A stretch of 36,916 nucleotides of DNA. Origin: a bacterium (lineage in GTDB: Bacteria; JAHJDO01). How positions within the stretch are numbered: position 1 is the first letter of the stretch; every line of letters starts with the position of its first letter. Below are positions 31,166-36,916 of this stretch, in pieces. The translations under genes were made by a program, and so were the position numbers. The notes below the pieces were generated by a model. It saw only the letters and a list, made by a program, of their open reading frames with translations. It was not told the origin of the DNA and did not search any database. The stretch is from assembly GCA_030631525.1 (NCBI GenBank), contig DAOVKY010000001.1:1-36916 (forward strand). Reading direction: 5' to 3'.

Positions 31166-31373
31166 GCGCAAAATGCAAGAAAAATAAAAATACTTTATCA
31201 AATCGCTATGCTACGCCTGTGCAAAAAAAATAAAAAAAATTCGCAGAAAAACTTGACAAATAATGCCAATTGACACTTTTTACCCCTCTACCTGCTGACG
31301 CCTATCAAACACATCTCAAAAAAAACGTCATTTTTACGCAATAAAGTCAAGTCCTATTATAAAAGTGGGATAA

Positions 31374-31487
31374 CTCTGGATCATTCTGGATAGTTTTGGA
31401 CTATTCTGGATTAAATTTTCCAGCAAAATCCACCCCTAATTTTATTGACATTTTGCCCTGTGGATAACCTGTGGAAAGTGTGGATAT
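31374..31487. promoter_or_regulatory. DnaA-box cluster / candidate replication origin element
   Basis: TGTGGATAA (31459-31467) is a perfect complement of TTATCCACA. TGTGGAAAG (31470-31478) and TGTGGATAT (31479-31487) are co-oriented with it. They are preceded by four 10-bp-phased T(C/T)TGGA(T/C) repeats at 31374-31411. Confidence 0.55.
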
Positions 31488-31500
31488 CAAAAACAGCCCC

Positions 31501-31592
31501 AGCGTTACTCTAGCGTTACGTCAGCGTTACGCACCTTTTTTCAAACCGTTTTCCCTCAGCCCCGTAACGTTACTTTAAACGTTATGTAACGC
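31501..31592. repeat. Iteron-like AGCGTTAC repeats (three direct at 11-bp phase, plus inverted copies)
   Basis: AGCGTTAC occurs at 31501, 31512 and 31523. The palindrome GTAACGTTAC is at 31564-31573, and an inverted GTAACGC is at 31586-31592. Nearby, TAGATTAAGA occurs twice (31595, 31607). Confidence 0.7.
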
Positions 31593-31696
31593 AGTAGATT
31601 AAGAGTTAGATTAAGAAGAGAAAGAGATTACTTAATTAAGGGACCTCAATATTTTTCACAAAAATCTCTTAATTTTTCTCAATAAAAATATACTTA

Positions 31697-31726
31697 TTGA
31701 CAAATTATATTTCTTTCTGATATTCT
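31697..31726 (+). promoter_or_regulatory. Putative rightward (packaging/late) promoter
   Basis: TTGACA (31697-31702), an 18-nt spacer, then TATTCT (31721-31726). The terS ATG begins 7 nt after the -10. Confidence 0.45.
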
Positions 31727-31732
31727 TTGTTT

Positions 31733-32197
31733 ATGCCTGCCAAAAAGAAGCTGAGTGAGAAAATTAAAAAGTTCGGCCGAGAATATCTTATCGATTTTAA
31801 TGGAGCTAAGGCATATATCCGGGCTGGTTATAGTAAAAAGGGCGCAAAACAATCTGCATCTAAATTACTACTGACGAATACTGACCTTCAGGCTTATCTT
31901 GCTGACTTAATTAATACTCAGACTCAGGATGACGAGATATCTGTCAAAGAAATTATCCGAAAATTAAAAATTGTCGTGGATCGCTGTATGCAGGAGATTG
32001 AAGTTAGAGATAAGAAAGGCAACCCGACAGGAGAATGGCAATTTGACTCTGCCGGTGCGAATAGAAGTCTGGAATTGCTCGGGAAACATTTGGCAATGTT
32101 CACTGATAAATTTAATATGACTAATGACGATCTACATATTACTGTTGAGTTACAAAATGCAGGACAGGCGAAGTGTCCTGATGAAGTGATTCAGTAG
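31733..32197 (+). CDS. terS: Terminase small subunit
   Basis: KKFGREYLIDFNGAKAYIRAGYSKKGAKQSASKLLLTNTDLQAYL matches the Terminase_2 signature (EYL.d.Na..A...AGYS...A......LL). It lies directly upstream of terL. Confidence 0.75.
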   Translation: MPAKKKLSEKIKKFGREYLIDFNGAKAYIRAGYSKKGAKQSASKLLLTNTDLQAYLADLINTQTQDDEISVKEIIRKLKIVVDRCMQEIEVRDKKGNPTGEWQFDSAGANRSLELLGKHLAMFTDKFNMTNDDLHITVELQNAGQAKCPDEVIQ

Positions 32198-32258
32198 GTA
32201 GCAACGTCCTAGCCTGAGCGAGACTTTGCGAATTTGGGCGTAACATGGGGGTAAGAAA

Positions 32259-33698
32259 TTGGAAATTGGCTTCAAATTAACCACGAAACAGACAGAAGCG
32301 TGGATTCCGCTCTTTTCGTTAAAAGATGTTGACGTGCTTTATGGTGGAGCTAAAGGCGGCGGAAAGTCCTATCTTTTATGTCTCTGGGCGTGGTTATGGG
32401 TTAGAAAACTCATAAAAATCTTACAAATTCCTATGTTAAAAAATCCCATTCCTCTTGGTTTTATAGGCCGTAAGAGAGGCGTGGATTTTTCCAAGACAAC
32501 GCTTGAAACTTGGAAGAAAATCATACCTCAAGACGGATATTACATCCGGGAGCAAGATAAAGAAATCGTTATTGAGGGGCGGGCCAAAATTCTATTTGGG
32601 GGTTTGGATGATCGGGAGAATATCAATAAATTTAACTCTGCAGAGCTGGCTTTCTTTGCTATTGATCAGGCTGAGGAGACAGAGAGAAGCGATATTGGTG
32701 TGATTGAGGCGTCAATAAGGCTAATATATAACAAAATTCAGCCGCCATATAAGTCTCTTTACACTGCTAATCCTGCGGAGTGCTGGCTCAAGAATGACTT
32801 CGTAAAAGGCGAGAGGGCTGGTGCGATATTCGTGCCTGCGCTTCCTGCGGACAATGAGCATCTGCCTGATAACTACATTGAGCGGTTAGAGAAGTCCTTC
32901 TCCTATGACCAAGTGCTTCTGCAGGCCTACAGGGATGGGAACTGGGAAGTTATGATGTCCTCATACGCGGTGATTCCGTCTAAATACATGGATGAACTGC
33001 AGGGATATAATCATCATCCGGAAAAAGACAGGTTCTGTGTTGTGTGTGATCCTGCGACCGGCGGGGATGAATGTGTGATTTACGTGTTTGAGCATTACAA
33101 AATCCGAGATATGAAGATATTACATACAGACGACACAATGATAATCGTGGGCGAAATGATGATAATGGGCAATCAATATGGTGCTGAGGTGTTCGGTGTT
33201 GACGTGATAGGCATAGGCAAAGGCGTATATGATAGACTGGTGGAGCTAATAATAAAGCCAATCAGGGCAGCAGAAAAGGGAAGAACGAGAGAGGCTGATA
33301 ACTTTCCATTTGAGGGTGCGATTGCTACCAAAAAGGTGGTGGATATCCATTCTTCTCGGACATCTTCGGACCCAGAGCGATGGGGCAATCTCCGTGATGA
33401 GATATGGTGGAAGGCTCGGGAACTTATCATTGACCATAAGGTTGCATATCCTCAAGATGAGGAGCTAAGAAGGCAGCTGTGCGCTGTGAGATATAAGACA
33501 ATCAGTAGTGACGGAAAGGTTAAACTTGAGCTAAAAGAGGATACTAAAAAGAGGCTGGGGCGCAGTCCTGACAGGGCTGATGCCTATGTGTATGGTCTGT
33601 GGACAATGCAGCAAGTTAAGTCGGCAAGTAAAGAGTTGTATGGCCGGCAAAAGCAAAGTTCGTATAATTCGGATTATGACGTGCTTGGATATAAATAA
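32259..33698 (+). CDS. terL: Terminase large subunit
   Basis: Walker A is LYGGAKGGGKSY, and the C-terminal part is nuclease-like. There is no in-frame ATG upstream of the Walker A, so the start is TTG 32259 with a GGGGGT RBS. Confidence 0.8.
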   Translation: MEIGFKLTTKQTEAWIPLFSLKDVDVLYGGAKGGGKSYLLCLWAWLWVRKLIKILQIPMLKNPIPLGFIGRKRGVDFSKTTLETWKKIIPQDGYYIREQDKEIVIEGRAKILFGGLDDRENINKFNSAELAFFAIDQAEETERSDIGVIEASIRLIYNKIQPPYKSLYTANPAECWLKNDFVKGERAGAIFVPALPADNEHLPDNYIERLEKSFSYDQVLLQAYRDGNWEVMMSSYAVIPSKYMDELQGYNHHPEKDRFCVVCDPATGGDECVIYVFEHYKIRDMKILHTDDTMIIVGEMMIMGNQYGAEVFGVDVIGIGKGVYDRLVELIIKPIRAAEKGRTREADNFPFEGAIATKKVVDIHSSRTSSDPERWGNLRDEIWWKARELIIDHKVAYPQDEELRRQLCAVRYKTISSDGKVKLELKEDTKKRLGRSPDRADAYVYGLWTMQQVKSASKELYGRQKQSSYNSDYDVLGYK

Positions 33699-33752
33699 TG
33701 ATTGACAAAGAGAAATAATGTTTGATAGACTTTATAAAAAGAGGGGCAAATT

Positions 33753-34130
33753 ATGAGTGGTTCAAAAGGTGGAGGTGGAGGCGGTTCAACCATTTCAAGG
33801 ATTTTAAATCCAATATCAATGGTAAGTCCAAATGTAGCGTCAGTGATTAATCCGGTAATGTCATATCTAACTACTCCCAAAAAAGAATGGAAAAGCACAA
33901 CAATGGGCAGATGGTTTACAACTCCATCGACTAAAATGCCAGAGTCTAAAGGCAGCGGTTCTGCGCAGGCAGTGGCAGACGCAGCGTCAGAAAAGTCCAT
34001 GATGGCGGCCAAAGAGGCAGAAAAGAAACGATTAAGGGCTGCTGCGGGGAGAAGTTCTCTTATTAAAACGTCTGGTAGGGGTGTTCTTGAGCCTGCAACT
34101 ACTAAGAAAAAGAAATTGTTAGGAGAATAA
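33753..34130 (+). CDS. Small Gly-run/basic protein between terL and portal
   Basis: GAGGGG RBS. The sequence runs MSGSKGGGGGGS... and has a C-terminus GRSSLIKTSGRGVLE...KKKKLLGE, which resembles small virion proteins of podoviruses. Function unknown. Confidence 0.5.
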   Translation: MSGSKGGGGGGSTISRILNPISMVSPNVASVINPVMSYLTTPKKEWKSTTMGRWFTTPSTKMPESKGSGSAQAVADAASEKSMMAAKEAEKKRLRAAAGRSSLIKTSGRGVLEPATTKKKKLLGE

Positions 34131-34137
34131 AACTGTT

Positions 34138-35811
34138 ATGGCGGTAGATCCTAAACAGCTTATTGATCGTTTAGCAAGTATGAAGTCTAAGCGTTCAATG
34201 TGGACTTCGCTTTGGGATGATATTATCAAGTATGTTACTCCTCGTCAGACGCTTTCTTCCGGTATTGCTGCAGCAGGCAGTAGCAAAATGTCAGAGGTCT
34301 ACGACGGAACTGCTATCAATGGCAACACGATCCTCGCTTCTGGTCTCTATGGCTTCTTATGCCCGCCTCATAGCAAGTGGTTTGCTTTTAAGGCTAAGGA
34401 TCCCGCTGTAAATGAAACCTACGATGTGCGTCAATGGCTGTTATCTGCAACGGACAGAATGCACGAAGAACTTGCAGAGAGTAATTTTGGGCTTGAGGTG
34501 TTCTCGTTGTTTCTGGCTCTCAGTAGCATTGGCACGCCTTGCATGTATGAGGAAGCCGGAGAGAGAACTACGCTTAATTTTAGCACCAAGCATATCTCAG
34601 AATTCTATATCGCAGAGAATAAGGACGGACTGGTTGATACAGTGTTTAGGGAGTTCTCATATACGTGCAGACAGGCAGTTCAGCATTTCGGAATAGAGAA
34701 TGTGGGCGAAAAAGTCAGGAAATCGTATGGAGCGAATAAATACGAGGAGTCCTTCAAATTTCTGCATGCTGTATATCCGAGAGAGGACTACGACAGTTCA
34801 AAGCGAGATAGTGTCAATATGCCTTTTGCTTCGGTGTATGTGGGTATAGAGGATAAGGAAGTCATCAGCGAGTCTGGTTATAAGGAATTTCCGTTTATGG
34901 TTCCACGCTGGATGAAAGCAAGTGGCGAGATATATGGCAGATCTCCGAGTTCAAGTGGTTTGGCTGATATTAAAATGCTGAATCAGATGTCATATACAAT
35001 CATCCGGAGAGGTCAAAAGGAAGTGGACCCACCTGTTAATGCGCCTGCTTACATGGAAGGACGGATCAATCAGAAGCCGAGAGGGGTTAATTATTACAAA
35101 GAGGGGGCGAAGGACAGAGTTGAAGAAGTAAAATCAGGAGGCAATTTCTCTATTGGCATGGAGTTGGAAAATCAGCGCAGAGAGTTCATCAATAGAGTTT
35201 ATTTTGTAGACTTGTTTCTGGCTTTGACTATGGCAACAAAGACAATGACAATCCCCGAAGTTCAGGAAAGGCTTCAAGAAAAGCTGATTGTTCTCGCACC
35301 TATTCTCGGGCGCCTGCAGTCAGAATTGTTTGATCCATTGCTTTATCGCTCATTTGAGCTTTGCAAGAGGGCTGGTGTATTTGGAGAAATTGACGGAGAC
35401 GAAAATCTCGTTGACGCTCCGGAGGCATTACAGGGTCAAGAATTAGAGATTGAATATACCTCAAAGCTGGCTAGAGCTATGAAGCTGACAGAGGTTAGTT
35501 CGTTTAATGCTGCAATGGAGTCTATTGCTCCGTTGGTGCAGGTGGATCAGAACGTGGTTGATAACTTTGACATAGACGATATTGCGCGGGGTATTATGGA
35601 AAGACACGGAGTTCCTGCAACATGGATACGAGATTGGCAAATAGTAAAGGATATGAGGCAAGCGAGACAAGAGGAATTGCAAAACGCAGCAATGGCGGAG
35701 AAAGTGGGGCAGGCAGCGGATATTGCTCAAAAATTAAGCGGAGAAGTAAAACCGACATCAGTTTTAAAAGGAATGGAAGACGCTGGTGTAACAGCGGAAA
35801 GTGTGCTATAA
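34138..35811 (+). CDS. Portal (head-to-tail connector) protein
   Basis: 557 aa and located after terL. The N-terminus LWDDIIKYVTPRQ and the overall pattern are typical of podovirus connector proteins. Confidence 0.75.
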   Translation: MAVDPKQLIDRLASMKSKRSMWTSLWDDIIKYVTPRQTLSSGIAAAGSSKMSEVYDGTAINGNTILASGLYGFLCPPHSKWFAFKAKDPAVNETYDVRQWLLSATDRMHEELAESNFGLEVFSLFLALSSIGTPCMYEEAGERTTLNFSTKHISEFYIAENKDGLVDTVFREFSYTCRQAVQHFGIENVGEKVRKSYGANKYEESFKFLHAVYPREDYDSSKRDSVNMPFASVYVGIEDKEVISESGYKEFPFMVPRWMKASGEIYGRSPSSSGLADIKMLNQMSYTIIRRGQKEVDPPVNAPAYMEGRINQKPRGVNYYKEGAKDRVEEVKSGGNFSIGMELENQRREFINRVYFVDLFLALTMATKTMTIPEVQERLQEKLIVLAPILGRLQSELFDPLLYRSFELCKRAGVFGEIDGDENLVDAPEALQGQELEIEYTSKLARAMKLTEVSSFNAAMESIAPLVQVDQNVVDNFDIDDIARGIMERHGVPATWIRDWQIVKDMRQARQEELQNAAMAEKVGQAADIAQKLSGEVKPTSVLKGMEDAGVTAESVL

Positions 35812-35812
35812 T
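35804..35812 (+). promoter_or_regulatory. Extended -10 element (TGcTATAAT) upstream of an HNH gene, overlapping the portal stop
   Basis: tgctataat at 35804-35812 is followed by gttttcAGGAGA and GTG 35833. Compare 9366-9394. Confidence 0.35.
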
Positions 35813-35832
35813 GTTTTCAGGAGAATAGATAA

Positions 35833-36516
35833 GTGAAAACCTTTTGTCAATTCTGCAATAAGGAATTTAATATAAGACCATCGAGATTAGGGAAGTTTTG
35901 TTCTAAAGTTTGCTACGATATGAGCCAAAGCAAAAAAGAAATTGTAATCTGTAAAAATTGTAACAAGAAAATTCCAATTAAGTCGTCTCGCAAGAAGCTG
36001 AAACAATTTAAGTTCTGTTCAAGACAATGTCAAAGAGAATGGATATATAAGGCAAGCGTTAAAGTATGTTCTGTTTGTAAAAAGAAATTTCATAGTAAGT
36101 GGCAATATTGCTCAAAAGAATGCCGAATAATAGCCAAAAGAGGCAAGAATAATCCAATGTGGAATGGCGGTATTACTCCAATAGGGAAATTATTAAGAGA
36201 TAGTTCAAAATATAGAGAATGGGTTGAAGCGATTTTCCAGAGAGATAATTGGACTTGTCAAGACTGCGGTAGAAAAAGGAAAGCTGGGGATAGAGTAATT
36301 TTAGAAGCACATCATTGCGATAAGACTTTTGCCGAATTACTCGCAGAATTCCTGCAAGAATACAATCAATTCAGTCCATTTGAAGACCAAGACACACTCT
36401 TACGGTTAGCAACAAAGTGGTTGCCGTTCTGGGATGCAGAAGGTGAAACACTTTGCAAAAGATGTCATTATAAAACCAATTCTTATGGTATTACAATTAA
36501 AAACAGAAAGGGGTAA
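35833..36516 (+). CDS. HNH homing endonuclease (paralog family) with three N-terminal CxxC...FCSxxC zinc ribbons
   Basis: GTG start with AGGAG upstream. The sequence is NPMWNGGITPI...RDNWTCQDCG...EAHH...LLAEFLQEYNQFSPFEDQDTLLRLATKWLPFWDAEGETLCKRCH. Confidence 0.85.
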   Translation: MKTFCQFCNKEFNIRPSRLGKFCSKVCYDMSQSKKEIVICKNCNKKIPIKSSRKKLKQFKFCSRQCQREWIYKASVKVCSVCKKKFHSKWQYCSKECRIIAKRGKNNPMWNGGITPIGKLLRDSSKYREWVEAIFQRDNWTCQDCGRKRKAGDRVILEAHHCDKTFAELLAEFLQEYNQFSPFEDQDTLLRLATKWLPFWDAEGETLCKRCHYKTNSYGITIKNRKG

Positions 36517-36519
36517 AAA

Positions 36520-36663
36520 ATGGGTTACAATCAAGCTGGAAAGCGAGATGGAAGTGGTCCCGCAAAAGGTTCATATCAACGAAGTAAAACAGGCAATAAG
36601 GGCAGAAGAGTATTATCTGGGCAGAAATGTCCCAAATCGCTATTGCGACAAAGACCAAAATGA
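36520..36663 (+). CDS. Possible 47-aa very basic protein
   Basis: AAAGGGGT RBS, 6 nt before the ATG. The sequence is MGYNQAGKRDGSGPAKGSYQRSKTGNKGRRVLSGQKCPKSLLRQRPK. It competes with track ORF 36434-36670 in another frame. Confidence 0.3.
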   Translation: MGYNQAGKRDGSGPAKGSYQRSKTGNKGRRVLSGQKCPKSLLRQRPK

Positions 36664-36750
36664 CAATTAACAATAAAGCCTCATGGATTAACGATTATCC
36701 GTTACACTTTGTCCGAGTGCTTGCGGTCTATGAGGCTTTAAGTATATATA

Positions 36751-36916
36751 ATGACTGATAAAGAAAAAGCATTGGCGCAAGATTATAAGCATACATTCGG
36801 CAGTGAACATGGAAAGCGGGTTTATGCTGATTTAATGGTTGAATGCCATATGGATAGTCCTGTGCATAATGTGGGCAATGTTAATGAGACTTTTATCTTT
36901 GGCGGTATGCGTTCAG
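36751..36916 (+). CDS. Bbp19-like small head-module protein, 3'-truncated by the window edge
   Basis: MTDKEKALAQDYKHTFGSEHGKRVYADLMVECHM resembles the F.t.eG..VL.DL...c pattern of Bbp19-family proteins found after portal genes in BPP-1-like phages (recalled from memory). No SD is visible. Confidence 0.45.
   Translation, partial: MTDKEKALAQDYKHTFGSEHGKRVYADLMVECHMDSPVHNVGNVNETFIFGGMRS

Noticed and set aside
33674-34012. 112-aa minus-strand ORF with a PPPPPP run
   Set aside because: It is the mirror image of the Gly-run ORF 33753-34130. That ORF has a GAGGGG RBS and fits the plus-strand operon. The minus ORF would also run into the terL 3' end.
36434-36670. 78-aa track ORF spanning the HNH 3' end
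   Set aside because: Its first third overlaps the HNH coding region and it has no RBS at its start. The ATG at 36520 in another frame has an RBS. Neither small ORF is certain.
1-36916. Prophage/temperate interpretation
   Set aside because: No integrase, excisionase, CI-sized repressor or att-like flanks are seen in the window. The Cro-like HTH alone is insufficient, and the small unseen part of the genome could still change this.

Overview
The window is most of a tailed dsDNA phage genome of about 37 kb. It looks podovirus-like, with a T7/BPP-1-style head and tail-hub module.

Plus strand, 1-21160:
- tail end of a scaffold-like gene, then major capsid, a putative decoration protein and a terminator
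- gp11-like adaptor and a giant gp12-like nozzle
- three internal/ejection-type proteins
- fibre proteins and a lysis-like cassette

Minus strand, 21223-31165 (early module):
- a small ORF, a Cro-like HTH and a T5orf172-HTH protein
- many small ORFs
- RecT plus a PD-(D/E)XK exonuclease and a coiled-coil protein
- a mini Pol-X nucleotidyltransferase, a beta-class amino-methyltransferase and a replisome organizer

A 0.55-kb divergent control region (31179-31732) carries a consensus leftward promoter, a DnaA-box cluster and iterons. It is followed on the plus strand by terS, terL, a small Gly-run protein, portal, an HNH gene and a Bbp19-like gene cut by the window edge. This gene order wraps round to the scaffold tail at nt 1, which is compatible with a circular or permuted genome.

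Striking points:
1. The tail hub is decorated. The nozzle holds about 1,100 aa of NHL propeller, CBM-like modules and a Gly-rich domain, and the adaptor holds one more CBM-like module.
2. There are five intact free-standing HNH endonuclease genes plus one decayed copy. Two of the three close paralogs carry a matching extended -10/RBS leader.
3. No recognisable endolysin, DNA polymerase, helicase, integrase or reverse transcriptase is present.

I saw no tRNA, rRNA or CRISPR array. Most genes have strong SD sites, often the variant GGGGGTGA. All family names come from reading motifs by eye; no database search or structure prediction was run.
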